Below, in pieces: positions 29,651-39,608 of a stretch of 64,000 bases of DNA (positions within the stretch are counted from its first letter, which is position 1; each line of letters opens with the position of its first letter). Location of the stretch: NCBI GenBank assembly GCA_038727135.1, contig JAVYWL010000001.1, positions 320,001 through 384,000 on the forward strand. The letters are read 5' to 3'. The notes below the pieces were generated by a model. That model was given only the letters and a program-made list of their open reading frames with translations. It was not told the origin of the DNA and ran no database searches. Source of the DNA: Candidatus Bathyarchaeia archaeon (GTDB lineage: Archaea; Thermoproteota; Bathyarchaeia; Bathyarchaeales; Bathycorpusculaceae). Made by a program: the position numbers and the translations under genes.

Positions 29651-30439
29651 TTACTTTCCTTTGAATTCGGCTTTCCGCCTTGACATGAAGGCTTCTACGC
29701 CTTCTTTCAGGTCTTCTGTTGAGAAGGTTAGACCCATAAGGGCTGATTCTATGCGTAAGCCCGCATCCAAAGGCACTTGCGTTCCAAAGTTTATGGCGAA
29801 TTTCGCATACTTCAAAGCGATTGGCGGTCCCTCGCTCAGTTTTTTAGCTAGCTCACGAACTTCGTCCCTAAGCTTCTCGTAATGCACAACCTTGTGTACC
29901 AAACCAATTCTTAGGGCTTCTTCAGCCTTAAGCCTTGTTCCAAGCATGACCATTTCTTTAGCCTTTGCCAAGCCGACAATCCTAACAAGCCTCTGGGTCC
30001 CGCCCCAACCGGGGATAAGCCCCAAGTTTACTTCTGGGCTTCCTAGTTCGGCGTGTTCGGCGGCTATCCTGAAGTCACATGCCAATGCTAGTTCTAAGCC
30101 TCCGCCGAGGGCGAAGCCGTTAATTGCCGCTATAACTGGTTTTGACATTTCCTCAATTTTACTGAAAACCTTCTGCCCTAGCCTAGAAAACTCCTCAGCC
30201 TTAACGGGTGTTGCCTTTGGAAACATTGTCACGTCTGCGCCAGCGCTAAAGGATCTGTCGCCTTCTCCGGTTATTACAACACACCTAACGGAGGGGTCTC
30301 TGTCGGCTGTATCTAGGGCGTCTGCAAGCTCCTCCATCAAAACGTCATTGAAAGCGTTCAGCCTATGTGGCCTGTTTAGGATTATCCATAGAACGCTGTC
30401 TTCCCTCTCAATTTTTAGGGTTTCGTATGCTTTGCTCAT
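29651..30439 (-). CDS. Enoyl-CoA hydratase
   Basis: LNRP..LNA, FSAGAD, ALGGGLELALACD, PEVNLGLIPGWGGTQRL. Confidence 0.95.
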   Translation of the reverse strand: MSKAYETLKIEREDSVLWIILNRPHRLNAFNDVLMEELADALDTADRDPSVRCVVITGEGDRSFSAGADVTMFPKATPVKAEEFSRLGQKVFSKIEEMSKPVIAAINGFALGGGLELALACDFRIAAEHAELGSPEVNLGLIPGWGGTQRLVRIVGLAKAKEMVMLGTRLKAEEALRIGLVHKVVHYEKLRDEVRELAKKLSEGPPIALKYAKFAINFGTQVPLDAGLRIESALMGLTFSTEDLKEGVEAFMSRRKAEFKGK

Positions 30440-30490
30440 GGTTTCACCAAACCATGTTTTATGGAATAGCCTATATTACTTTTGGGAGAT

Positions 30491-31645
30491 TTAGAACTTT
30501 CTTAGAAGATACTTGAGCACAGTCAGTTTCTGAATCTCGCTGGTGCCCTCGTAAATCTCGGTTATTTTTGCGTCTCTGTGGTATCTTTCAACACGGTATT
30601 CGCCCAGATAGCCATAACCGCCCAATGTTTGGATGGCGAAGTCTGTAGCTTCCATCGCCACACGGCTTGCGTACTGTTTTGCCATGGCTGTTGCCATCGG
30701 GTCCATTTTTCCAACATCTATAAGCCAAGCAGCCTTGTAGGTAAGGAGTCTTGCAGCCTCTATTTTTGTGGCTAACTCCGCCAAGGTGCAGCCTATGGCT
30801 TCATGCTGGATTATGGGCTGCCCGAAGGCTTCCCTCTGCTTTGAGTATCTGAAGGCTATTTCCCAGGCGCCTTGAGCCATGCCGACGGCTTGAGCCGCCA
30901 CACCAACCCGTGTTTTGTCGAAGAACTCCATTGAGTGGTAGAAGCCTCTGTTAAGCTCGCCTACAATATGCCAGTCGGAAACCTTAACATTGTCAAAGCG
31001 CACTTCGCCAGTTTCAGAACACCTAATCCCCATCTTATTATGAAGCTTTGTTACCTCTAGTCCAGGCGTTCCCTTATCAACGACAAAAAGGGTTTCGCCT
31101 CTATAGGTTGGTCTAACCTTCGTATCTGTTTGTGTCAGCACTACTATGAAGTCAGCTATTGTGGCATTTGTTATGAAGGTTTTTGTGCCGTTAATCCACC
31201 ATTCATTCCCGTATTTTGTGGCTGTTGTCTCCATGCGGGTTATGTCGCTTCCGCTTACGTTTGGCTCTGTGAAAGCTGCCGCTGACGTAAAATCACCTCT
31301 GCAAATCGGTGGCAGATATTTCTCCTTCTGCTCTTTCGTGCCATATGCCAATATTAATTCGCTGCCAAAGTTTCCGCTTGAAATAGCTACGCCGAGCGAC
31401 GAGTCAGCTCTGCACATTTCCTCGATTACAAGACATGTTTCCAGAAGCCCGTATCCTTGTCCGCCATACTCTTGTGGGAAGAACATGCTTGTGAAACCCA
31501 GCTTTGCCGCTTTTTTGTAAAGCTCCATTGGAAACTCTTCTTTGCGGTCAAGCTCCAAGGCTAGTTCTGGCTTGAACTCCTTTTCGCAGAACTCCCTCAC
31601 AGCATTTTTTATTCCAATCTGCTCTTCTGTTAATTCAAACTTCAC
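30491..31645 (-). CDS. Acyl-CoA dehydrogenase
   Basis: FTEP..SGSD, NGTKTFITN, KMGIR, R.AFGQPI, GGYGY, IYEGTSEIQ. Confidence 0.95.
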   Translation of the reverse strand: MKFELTEEQIGIKNAVREFCEKEFKPELALELDRKEEFPMELYKKAAKLGFTSMFFPQEYGGQGYGLLETCLVIEEMCRADSSLGVAISSGNFGSELILAYGTKEQKEKYLPPICRGDFTSAAAFTEPNVSGSDITRMETTATKYGNEWWINGTKTFITNATIADFIVVLTQTDTKVRPTYRGETLFVVDKGTPGLEVTKLHNKMGIRCSETGEVRFDNVKVSDWHIVGELNRGFYHSMEFFDKTRVGVAAQAVGMAQGAWEIAFRYSKQREAFGQPIIQHEAIGCTLAELATKIEAARLLTYKAAWLIDVGKMDPMATAMAKQYASRVAMEATDFAIQTLGGYGYLGEYRVERYHRDAKITEIYEGTSEIQKLTVLKYLLRKF

Positions 31646-32830
31646 CTAGTAGAACCCCCTTCCAGTTTTCTTACCAAGCCAGCCCCTGCTAACATACTCT
31701 TCTAGCAGCGGGCATGGCTTATACATTTCCATGTTGTATTTGGCGTAAAGCTCCTTCAACTTGTTAACAATAACGTCTATACCAGTTCTATCCGCGTACT
31801 CGCATGGACCGGACGGCCAATAGGTTCCCAGTTTCATTCCGGTGTCTATGTCTGCTGGGGTTGCCGCATCTTCATGCACTAGCCATGCAGCCTCGTTTAC
31901 GGCTACAGCCCAAGACCTTTCAACATCATACTCTTCCATCAAATTGAAGGGTATTCTTGGTCTCCCCTTAGTCCAGTCGTAGAAACCGACGCCTGTTTTT
32001 TGTCCAAGCTTTTTCTCTTTGACAAGGGGTTCTATGACTTCTGCGCATGGTTTGAAGCGCTCGCCATAAGCCTCGTAGAGGATTTTTCCAACCTCATAGG
32101 CTATGTCAAGTCCGACGAAGTCTGCGAGTTCAAACCATCCCATTGGGAAGCCGCCACTATATTTGACAGAGGCATCTATGCCCTCCTTTGTTGCCTCGCC
32201 ACGATGATAAGCCCAAAAAGCCTCGTTAAAAACTGCCCCGAGGACGCGGTTAACTATGAAGCCCCGCACATCCTTCTTGACAACCACCGGGGTTTTTCCA
32301 AGTTTTTTCGCTAGCTCCACAAGGGTGTCTATTGTTTCTTGGCTTGTTTTCTCGCCCTTAATAACCTCTACCAGAGCCATCATTTGCGGCGGGTTGAAGA
32401 AGTGCATTCCCGCCACTTTTTCTGGACGTTTTGTGGCGTTTCCCATCCCCGTTATGCTTAGGGTTGATGTGTTAGACGCTAAAATTGCGTGTGGTGGTGC
32501 AATGCTGTCAAGTTTTGCGAAGACCTGCTTTTTAAGCTCCATGTTTTCTGGGACTGCCTCGATGGCTATGTCTATGTCTTTGGCTGCCTCCTCATAACTT
32601 GTTGTTGTCTTTATTCTTGAAAGTGCAGCGTCTGCGTCCTCCTGCCTAATCCTTCTCTTTTCGACAAACTTGCCTAGGCTCCACTTAATTTTCTCCAAGC
32701 CTTTCCGCAATAGTTCGTCGCTGATGTCCACCATTGCCACTTCTATACCGCCCATAGCTAAAAGCTGCGTTATTCCATGCCCCATTGCTCCAGAACCAAT
32801 TACAGCGGCTTTCTTCAATTTTTCAGCCAA
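31646..32830 (-). CDS. 3-hydroxyacyl-CoA dehydrogenase
   Basis: GSGAMGHG, EAVPE, SNTS, GMHFFNP, GFIVNR; duplicated C-terminal domain; start revised to TTG 32830. Confidence 0.95.
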   Translation of the reverse strand: MAEKLKKAAVIGSGAMGHGITQLLAMGGIEVAMVDISDELLRKGLEKIKWSLGKFVEKRRIRQEDADAALSRIKTTTSYEEAAKDIDIAIEAVPENMELKKQVFAKLDSIAPPHAILASNTSTLSITGMGNATKRPEKVAGMHFFNPPQMMALVEVIKGEKTSQETIDTLVELAKKLGKTPVVVKKDVRGFIVNRVLGAVFNEAFWAYHRGEATKEGIDASVKYSGGFPMGWFELADFVGLDIAYEVGKILYEAYGERFKPCAEVIEPLVKEKKLGQKTGVGFYDWTKGRPRIPFNLMEEYDVERSWAVAVNEAAWLVHEDAATPADIDTGMKLGTYWPSGPCEYADRTGIDVIVNKLKELYAKYNMEMYKPCPLLEEYVSRGWLGKKTGRGFY

Positions 32831-32934
32831 ACAAATCCTCTCCCAACATAGAGTAAAATGGATAGATGGCATATGTAATAAAACTTTTGAGAATATGCAC
32901 AAACTGTCAAGGAAAAATGAAGGGTGGGAACGGG

Positions 32935-34083
32935 TTACTTCATTAAAAAGTTGACTATTGTGAGCTTTTGTATTTCGCTTGTGCCTTCGTAGATCTCAGT
33001 TATTTTTGCACATCTATGGAACCGCTCTACATGGTAGTCTGCCAAATAGCCGTAGCCACCAAATATTTGAATGGCGTCGTCTGTGACTTCCATTGCTACG
33101 CGGCTTGCATAAGCTTTAGCCATCGAAGTTGCCGCTGGGTTGGGTTTTTCGTGGTCGTATATCCAAGCCGCTTTATACGTGAGTAGGCGGGCGGATTCAA
33201 TTTTCATGGCCATTTCAGCCAGCTTAAAAGAGACGCCTTGGAAGTTAATTATGGGCTGTCCGAACTGTTTGCGGGTTTTGGCATAGTTTAGGGCTTTTTC
33301 AAAGGCTCCTTGGGCTATGCCGACGGCTTGGGCAGCCACGGTTATGCGGGTTCCATCGAAAAGCTCAAGCGCGTAATAAAAGCCCCTGTTTAGCTCGCCC
33401 ACAAGGTTGCTTGCAGGCACGCGAAGGTCACTTAAAGCCAGCGAACCGGTGACACATGGTCTTATGCCCATTTTGCCATGAAGTTTTGTAGCCTCTAAGC
33501 CGGGCATGCCCTTTTCTGCTAAGAAAAGGCTTTGCCCACGGTGGGGTGGGGTGGCATTGGGGTCTGTTTGGCACAGGATTATGAAGGTGTCGGCTATTGG
33601 AGCGTTTGTTATGAACTGTTTTGAGCCGTTAATAACCCATTCGTCGCCTACTCTAACAGCTGTTGTGTCCATTTTGGTTATGTCACTTCCATGCTCTGGC
33701 TCTGTGAAGGCTGCAGCAGCGATTTTATCGCCTCTAGCCAGTGGTGGAATATACTTTTCCTTCTGCTCCTCTGTGCCGTGCTTGAGCAAGACGTCGGGGA
33801 CCATTAGGTTTCCGAGGGAGACAGCCACTCCTAATCCTGGGTCAACGCGGCAGAACTCTTCAACGACTAGGCATTCTTCTAGGACGCCATATCCTTGCCC
33901 ATCATATTCTTGAGGTATGCGCATGCTTGTAAAGCCTAGTTTGGCTGCTTTCCTGTAAAGCTCCATTGGAAACTCTTCTTTTTGGTCGTATTCTAGGGCT
34001 AATTCCGGTGTGAACTCTTTTTCTGCGAATTCGCGAGCAGCCCGTTTAATCTCCATCTGTTCCTCAGTTAGTTTAAAGTCCAT
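32935..34083 (-). CDS. Acyl-CoA dehydrogenase (second paralog)
   Basis: FTEPEHGSD, RKQFGQPI, GGYGY, IYEGTSEIQ. Confidence 0.95.
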   Translation of the reverse strand: MDFKLTEEQMEIKRAAREFAEKEFTPELALEYDQKEEFPMELYRKAAKLGFTSMRIPQEYDGQGYGVLEECLVVEEFCRVDPGLGVAVSLGNLMVPDVLLKHGTEEQKEKYIPPLARGDKIAAAAFTEPEHGSDITKMDTTAVRVGDEWVINGSKQFITNAPIADTFIILCQTDPNATPPHRGQSLFLAEKGMPGLEATKLHGKMGIRPCVTGSLALSDLRVPASNLVGELNRGFYYALELFDGTRITVAAQAVGIAQGAFEKALNYAKTRKQFGQPIINFQGVSFKLAEMAMKIESARLLTYKAAWIYDHEKPNPAATSMAKAYASRVAMEVTDDAIQIFGGYGYLADYHVERFHRCAKITEIYEGTSEIQKLTIVNFLMK

Positions 34084-34104
34084 GTGGACCCCTCCATTGC
34101 TAGG

Positions 34105-35094
34105 CTATGCTTTTTGAGCTTTTACCTCGCTAATTTTGTTTTTCAGCACTGGCACAACTTTGAACAAGTCTTCAACAACGCCATAGTCTGAAAAGCTGAA
34201 TATTGGCGCCTTCGGGTCTTTGTTCACAGCGATTATCAAGTCGGAGTTTTTCATTCCCAAGACATGCTGGAAGGCTCCGCTTATGCCTAGGGCTATGTAG
34301 AGCTTTGGCTTAACAGTTTTTCCAGAAGTCCCCACCTGCCGGTCGCTTGGAAGCCAACCCTTATCCACAATTGGACGCGAGCATGCCAGCACTCCACCCA
34401 GCATTTTTGCCAACTCTTCAACCATCGGTATGTTGCTCTGGTCTTTTATTCCCCTTCCAATGCCCACAAGCACCTCTGCCGATGTTATGTCAACGCCTCC
34501 GGGCGGTGGCAAAACATATTCTAGGAACCGTTTTGTGGCTATTTCCTCTGTTAGGGGTGATGGGACCTCAACTATTTGCCCGTTCACTGGTGTGAGTGGC
34601 TTTTGAGCTTGGAAGGCTGCTTGGCGCAATGTAACCATGTAGCTTTCAGCCTTGCGGAGCGCCGCCCTAACGTTTACTTTTCCGCCGTACATCTGCCTTG
34701 TAATGGTGAATGTGTCGCCTTCGAAAGCAAGGTCTATGCAGTCTGTCGCCAATGGAATGTTTAGGGCTGCTGCAAGTCTCGGGGCAAGCTCAACACCATA
34801 AGACGTGTGCCCAATAATCGTCAGCAGGGGCTTATGCTCTTTAATTAGGTGGAAAAGAACCTTTTGGTAGGCTTCAGAATTGAAGTTTTCAAGCTTTCCA
34901 TCCTCAACAAGCAGAACCTTTTTGGCGTGCTCAGCCAAGTTTTTGGCGTGCTCTTTGACGCCCTTGCCCAAAATAACAGCCACTGGTTCAGCATTTATTT
35001 TTTCGGCTAGTTCTCTGGCTTTGGTCAGCATTTCGAAGGTTATATCCCTTAACTGGCCTTGTCTATGCTCGGCTAAAACAAAGATTTCAGCCAT
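34105..35094 (-). CDS. etfA: Electron transfer flavoprotein alpha subunit
   Basis: SRPIVDKGW, QVGTSGKTV.PKLY, GISGAFQH..GM, NKDPKAPIF. Confidence 0.96.
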   Translation of the reverse strand: MAEIFVLAEHRQGQLRDITFEMLTKARELAEKINAEPVAVILGKGVKEHAKNLAEHAKKVLLVEDGKLENFNSEAYQKVLFHLIKEHKPLLTIIGHTSYGVELAPRLAAALNIPLATDCIDLAFEGDTFTITRQMYGGKVNVRAALRKAESYMVTLRQAAFQAQKPLTPVNGQIVEVPSPLTEEIATKRFLEYVLPPPGGVDITSAEVLVGIGRGIKDQSNIPMVEELAKMLGGVLACSRPIVDKGWLPSDRQVGTSGKTVKPKLYIALGISGAFQHVLGMKNSDLIIAVNKDPKAPIFSFSDYGVVEDLFKVVPVLKNKISEVKAQKA

Positions 35095-35096
35095 AC

Positions 35097-35891
35097 CTAA
35101 ATCAGCCCCCTAGACTTTAGGATTTCAACAATTCTTGTGGCTATTTCATCTGGGCTTCCTTTGAGGAATTCTGCCTGCTTCTCCACTGGCGGGACATAAA
35201 GCTTTTCTATCCTAAGCCATGAGCCAGCCTCGCCCACATCGTTTTCGCTTAAGCCTATGTCCGCCAACCCCATGACTTTGACCTCCTTTTGCATAGCCTT
35301 CCGAATCCCCATGATGGAGACATAACGTGGCTCATTTATGCCCGTCTGGACAGCGAAAAGGGCTGGCAACTTAACTTCTAAGCGTTCTTCTAAGCCTCCC
35401 TCAAGTTCTCGGTTAACGATGGCTTTTCCATCGCTGAACTCAATCTTCTTAACCATAGTGGCGTGTGGAATGCCGAGCAGCTCGGCTAGGACTGGGCCGA
35501 CAACGGCACTTCCATCGTCGCTGGCCTGCGCCCCTGTTAGAATTAGGTCGAAGTGGAGGTTTTTGATTACGCTGTAAAGGATTTTCGCAGTGGCATAGGC
35601 ATCTGAACCAGCAAATTTCGGGTCTGTTAGGCGTATAGCCTTGTCGGCGCCACGGGCAAGGCATTTTCGCAGCGTGCTTTCAGAGTCTTCTTGTCCAACG
35701 GTTATGGCTGTGACTGTTCCGCCGAACTTCTCCTTTATGCGCACAGCCTCCTCCAGCGCGTAGTCGTCCCACTCGTTAATATCGTAGACCAAGCCAGCCT
35801 TTTCTATGCCCTTACCAGTCGCATCAATTTTGAGCTCCGCCTCTGCTGTTTCTGGAACATGCTTAACACAAACAATAATATCCAATCGCAT
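35097..35891 (-). CDS. etfB: Electron transfer flavoprotein beta subunit
   Basis: IIVCVKHVP, INEWDDYALEEA, LARGAD, NEPRY; true start ATG 35891 with a GGAG RBS. Confidence 0.96.
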   Translation of the reverse strand: MRLDIIVCVKHVPETAEAELKIDATGKGIEKAGLVYDINEWDDYALEEAVRIKEKFGGTVTAITVGQEDSESTLRKCLARGADKAIRLTDPKFAGSDAYATAKILYSVIKNLHFDLILTGAQASDDGSAVVGPVLAELLGIPHATMVKKIEFSDGKAIVNRELEGGLEERLEVKLPALFAVQTGINEPRYVSIMGIRKAMQKEVKVMGLADIGLSENDVGEAGSWLRIEKLYVPPVEKQAEFLKGSPDEIATRIVEILKSRGLI

Positions 35892-36037
35892 TTCTCTCCT
35901 AAACCGGTTTTGAATTGTGTTGTACAAACTGTTATCATATATTTTTTGCCCGACTCCGCATGCCAATTTAATGTTAAACTCTGCCTTATCCAGCAAAGTC
36001 TTTATCAAACGGAAACCGTAATGGAAACGGAGAAAAC

Positions 36038-36868
36038 ATGAAAAAGGAGATCGACTGGCTGCCAATACTAATTCAGTGCAAAGACAACGTGAAGAAGCGG
36101 ATAACCCCACTTTTAAAGACTGCACGCAAACAACAGCAACCAAACCTCGGCATCGGGGCTGGCGGCGACCCAATAAAACAGATCGACATGGAGGCGGAAA
36201 AAGCCATAGTGGAAACCATTGTTGGACAAGGCATATCATTCACTTTGATAAGCGAGGAGTCCGGCATAAGGAAATACGGCGAAAACCCAAATGTAAATTA
36301 TGTGACAGCAGACCCAATAGATGGAACAACAAACCTAACGAGGGGCATACCATTCTACGCAACATCCATAGCAGTGTCAAAAAAGCCAGAACTGAACGCT
36401 GTTCACACGGCATTGGTGGCGGACCTCTTCCACGGCACAACATACACCGCCAAGAAAAATGAAGGAGCATATCGCAACCATGAGAAAATAGTTCCATCAA
36501 AACAGACAAGCTTGGATGACGCGGTGATAGGCATAGACCTAAACACTTACAAGGCACGTGAAATTGCACCACAACTAACAAGCCTAATTGAAAAGACGAA
36601 GCACATACGCCATCTGGGAGCCAATGCCCTAGAACTGTGCTACGTGGCTGACGGAACAACAGACGCCTTTATAGACATCCGCGGAAAACTTAGAACAACA
36701 GACACGGCGGCTGCATGGCTAATAATAAGGGAGGCTGGAGCATTAATCACAATGCCGGATGGGAAGCCTTTAAACGCCAAACTGGACCCGAGGGAAAGGC
36801 TAACCTTTGTGGCTTCCGCCAACCCACAAATCCACGAAAAAATTTTGAGTCTAATAAAAAGGAGTTGA
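36038..36868 (+). CDS. Bifunctional FBPase/inositol monophosphatase family protein
   Basis: GAGGD...ID..AE, SEESG, DPIDGTTN, R.LGA.ALELCYVA.G, D.AAA. Confidence 0.92.
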   Translation: MKKEIDWLPILIQCKDNVKKRITPLLKTARKQQQPNLGIGAGGDPIKQIDMEAEKAIVETIVGQGISFTLISEESGIRKYGENPNVNYVTADPIDGTTNLTRGIPFYATSIAVSKKPELNAVHTALVADLFHGTTYTAKKNEGAYRNHEKIVPSKQTSLDDAVIGIDLNTYKAREIAPQLTSLIEKTKHIRHLGANALELCYVADGTTDAFIDIRGKLRTTDTAAAWLIIREAGALITMPDGKPLNAKLDPRERLTFVASANPQIHEKILSLIKRS

Positions 36869-36877
36869 AACAGACCA

Positions 36878-37726
36878 ATGATAACGCCTTTGATGCCCCA
36901 CCCCGCCGCCCTCGTAAAGACTAAGGAAACAAGAGTGTTGGTTGTGGCGGATTTACACATAGGATGGGAAATAGCCCTATCAGAAAAGGGCATACACGTC
37001 CCAACACAAATGCCAAAACTCCTACAAAAACTAAAGACTCTCATAAGCTTGTATAAGCCGGAAAAACTTCTGATAGTAGGCGATGTTAAACACACGGTGG
37101 CAACAGCAGAAATAAGCGAGTGGCACGACGTCCCAGACTTCTTCACAGAACTAAAACCGCTCGTCCAAGAAATAAATGTAATCCGGGGAAACCACGACGG
37201 AAACCTAGACCCACTGCTCCCAGAAGGCATAAAAACCCTTCCATCCTCCGGCACTATCATAAGTGATGTGGGCTTTTTCCACGGCCACCGTTGGCCATCA
37301 CCAACACTTTTAAAATGCAAAACCCTTGTGATGGGGCATGTGCACCCAGTTGTGGGGTTCCGTGACCCCGCCGGATTTAGAATAACGAGGCAGGTTTGGG
37401 TTAAAGCAAAATGCAAAAAGGAACAGCTAACGAGGATTTTGCTGGAAAAGAATAAAATAAAAATTAAGAACAATCCGCAAGAAACACTGCTTAAACATTA
37501 TGGGGCCAAGCCCAGAACCTCCCAACTTTTCATAATGCCATCCTTCAACGAGTATTTAGGAGGAAAACCATTAAACGAGAAAAACTCTGGCGCAGAAAGG
37601 GAAAAGGGCGAAAAAATTGTTGGACCAATATTGAGAACGGATGCTGTTGACTTAGAAAATGCGGAAATCTACCTCTTGGACGGAACATTTCTCGGAACTT
37701 TAAACCAGCTTAAAGCATTAGCATAG
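36878..37726 (+). CDS. Metallophosphoesterase (calcineurin-like)
   Basis: DLHIG, GDVKH, GNHD, HGH, GHVHP, MPSFN. Confidence 0.9.
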   Translation: MITPLMPHPAALVKTKETRVLVVADLHIGWEIALSEKGIHVPTQMPKLLQKLKTLISLYKPEKLLIVGDVKHTVATAEISEWHDVPDFFTELKPLVQEINVIRGNHDGNLDPLLPEGIKTLPSSGTIISDVGFFHGHRWPSPTLLKCKTLVMGHVHPVVGFRDPAGFRITRQVWVKAKCKKEQLTRILLEKNKIKIKNNPQETLLKHYGAKPRTSQLFIMPSFNEYLGGKPLNEKNSGAEREKGEKIVGPILRTDAVDLENAEIYLLDGTFLGTLNQLKALA

Positions 37727-37775
37727 CGCAAAGATTTTATAGACTGAGGCTTTCCACACTAAACTGGGTGGAAGA

Positions 37776-38372
37776 ATGCCTTCTGAAGAAGATTTTCCAG
37801 AATGGTTTAGGAGGAGACGCTTCCCATTCTTCGGAAGCTGGTTCTTTGAAGACATAGATAGAATGTTCAGAGAGATGGAGAGATGGATGGAAGAGGAGTT
37901 CAAAGAGTTCACAGCGAGAATCCCAAGGGATTATGTTAGGGAGCGCAAACTACCAGACGGTTCAACAATAAGGGAGTGGGGACCCTTCGTTTATGGCTAT
38001 AGCATAAAAATAGGACCGGACGGCAAACCAGAAATCAGAGAATTTGGAAACGTCAAGCCAACCCGTCTAGGACCAAAAGTTAAGGAGGAACGCGAACCAC
38101 TAGTGGACATAGTTGAGACAGACAACGAAATCCACGTTGTGGCTGAACTACCAGGCGTTGAAAAAGAGGACATCAAGCTTCACGGCACAGAAGATACACT
38201 AACAATAAGCGTGGACACACCACAACGCAAATACTATAAGGAGTTGACGCTCCCGGCGAAGGTCAATGTGAAAGAAGCGAAAACCCAGTATAAGAACGGG
38301 GTTTTAGAGGTCAAGCTTCCAAAGATAAAGGAAGAAAAGAAGCCGAAAGGTGAGCCAATAAAAATCGAGTAG
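37776..38372 (+). CDS. hsp20: Archaeal small heat shock protein Hsp20
   Basis: GPFVYGYS..IGPDGKP.IREFGN, EPLVD, AELPGV, YKNGVLEV, C-terminal IKI motif. Confidence 0.95.
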   Translation: MPSEEDFPEWFRRRRFPFFGSWFFEDIDRMFREMERWMEEEFKEFTARIPRDYVRERKLPDGSTIREWGPFVYGYSIKIGPDGKPEIREFGNVKPTRLGPKVKEEREPLVDIVETDNEIHVVAELPGVEKEDIKLHGTEDTLTISVDTPQRKYYKELTLPAKVNVKEAKTQYKNGVLEVKLPKIKEEKKPKGEPIKIE

Positions 38373-38405
38373 AAAAGCAAGCAGCATGTCAAAGCTTGTG
38401 CATCC

Positions 38406-38816
38406 ATGAGCGCAGACTCCGAAGACAATATTTTGAATGCTATATGCAAAGAGGTTAAGGCAGAAGGCAAACTTACAGGGAAAAATCTCACAAGGCTTTA
38501 CGAGGCGTTTGGGTCACGTTTCACAAAGGCGTTCGAAGCTCTAAAGGAAAATAGGGTGAAAAAGTACACTTTCAAACCCAGCGGAAGAGTTGTTTGGGTG
38601 GTTGTCGGCAAGGAACGCGACTATTTAATAATGCCGGACGCTGAGTTCTGCACATGCGACGACTTCTACTTCCGAGTTCTGGACAGAAAAATTCACCTAT
38701 GCTATCATTTGATAGCCCAGAAAATAGCCAACATCCTCGAATGGTACGAGAAAATAGAGGAACACGACGAATTATACGAAACGCTAATGAGGGAGTGGAA
38801 GAAACCAACTCTTTAA
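38406..38816 (+). CDS. SWIM zinc-finger protein
   Basis: FCTCDDF...CYHLIA (CxC-xn-CxH). Confidence 0.85.
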   Translation: MSADSEDNILNAICKEVKAEGKLTGKNLTRLYEAFGSRFTKAFEALKENRVKKYTFKPSGRVVWVVVGKERDYLIMPDAEFCTCDDFYFRVLDRKIHLCYHLIAQKIANILEWYEKIEEHDELYETLMREWKKPTL

Positions 38817-38860
38817 ATACCACAACTTAGAACTAGGAGAGCATGTAAAAGGGATTCACA

Positions 38861-38983
38861 ATGGCATTAGGTATTGGAGAATACTTTGAAATCCTCAAAT
38901 ATGTGCTGATGACAACAACATTCGTTGTCCTAGTCCTAATATTCCTACACATATTCTACGGAAGAGAGGAAAAGAAAAGCTAA
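38861..38983 (+). CDS. Putative 40-aa single-TM small protein
   Basis: Manual translation MALGIGEYFEILKYVLMTTTFVVLVLIFLHIFYGREEKKS fills the intergenic gap. Confidence 0.55.
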   Translation: MALGIGEYFEILKYVLMTTTFVVLVLIFLHIFYGREEKKS

Positions 38984-38998
38984 ACAAAACAGTTTATC

Positions 38999-39283
38999 TC
39001 AACTTCTCCTTCGCCAAAACATAAAGAACAGTATAACGCTTAAAATTCCAAGAATTATAGAAAACAAAACAAGCCATATAGCGGCTGGACCAGCACCAAA
39101 AACTATGGGAATAGGTCCTATAAGTATAAATCCGCCAAAACTGCTCGTGCCTTCACCAAAAAGCAGTGCGGCAACCACCGTTATTATTATGCCCACCAAG
39201 ATTATGAAAAAGCCTATAAAGAACAGCATTATAAAGCGTTTAATCCATCCGTTTTCTTCGCTTTCATCTTCTCTTGATACCAT
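38999..39283 (-). CDS. DUF131 (TIGR00304-like) membrane protein
   Basis: GGFILIGPIPIVFG motif between TM helices. Confidence 0.85.
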   Translation of the reverse strand: MVSREDESEENGWIKRFIMLFFIGFFIILVGIIITVVAALLFGEGTSSFGGFILIGPIPIVFGAGPAAIWLVLFSIILGILSVILFFMFWRRRS

Positions 39284-39289
39284 CTAATT

Positions 39290-39562
39290 TCACCTACCCA
39301 AAAAATAAAGCACTATAAAAACTATGAAGAGAAGCACTGTGAGGGCTATCGAAAGCCACAAAACAGTCCTGACAGACTCCTTATCGCTGCCGAAGACTAT
39401 TGGAAGAGGCCCAATAATTAATGCTCCACCACCTCGCGCCCTCCCACTTTTTATGCTTGAAAAGAAAAGCAGAACAAAGGCTGCGAGGACAACTATAACG
39501 CCTATGAAAATTATGACGATGCCCAACTCGTAAAGCAAACCAGCATCCAGCGTCAAAGCCAT
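39290..39562 (-). CDS. DUF131 (TIGR00304-like) membrane protein, second copy
   Basis: GGGALIIGPLPIVFGSD. Confidence 0.85.
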   Translation of the reverse strand: MALTLDAGLLYELGIVIIFIGVIVVLAAFVLLFFSSIKSGRARGGGALIIGPLPIVFGSDKESVRTVLWLSIALTVLLFIVFIVLYFLGR

Positions 39563-39608
39563 CCTTTATCCAATTCACGCCTTAACATTAACAGACTTTT
39601 AAGCATTT

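Noticed and set aside
29892-30494. 200-aa plus-strand ORF, and many similar antisense ORFs across the ribosomal, hyp and pur genes
   Set aside because: Antisense shadows of well-supported genes.
35892-36239. 116-aa N-terminal extension of EtfB in the ORF track
   Set aside because: It overlaps the divergent IMPase gene; the real start is ATG 35891 with an RBS.
33000-37000. Opposite (GT-to-AC) skew flip near 36 kb
   Set aside because: It coincides with a switch in gene orientation, so it cannot be separated from coding-strand bias.
36640-37473. 277-aa minus-strand ORF
   Set aside because: Antisense shadow of the IMPase and metallophosphoesterase genes, with no motifs.
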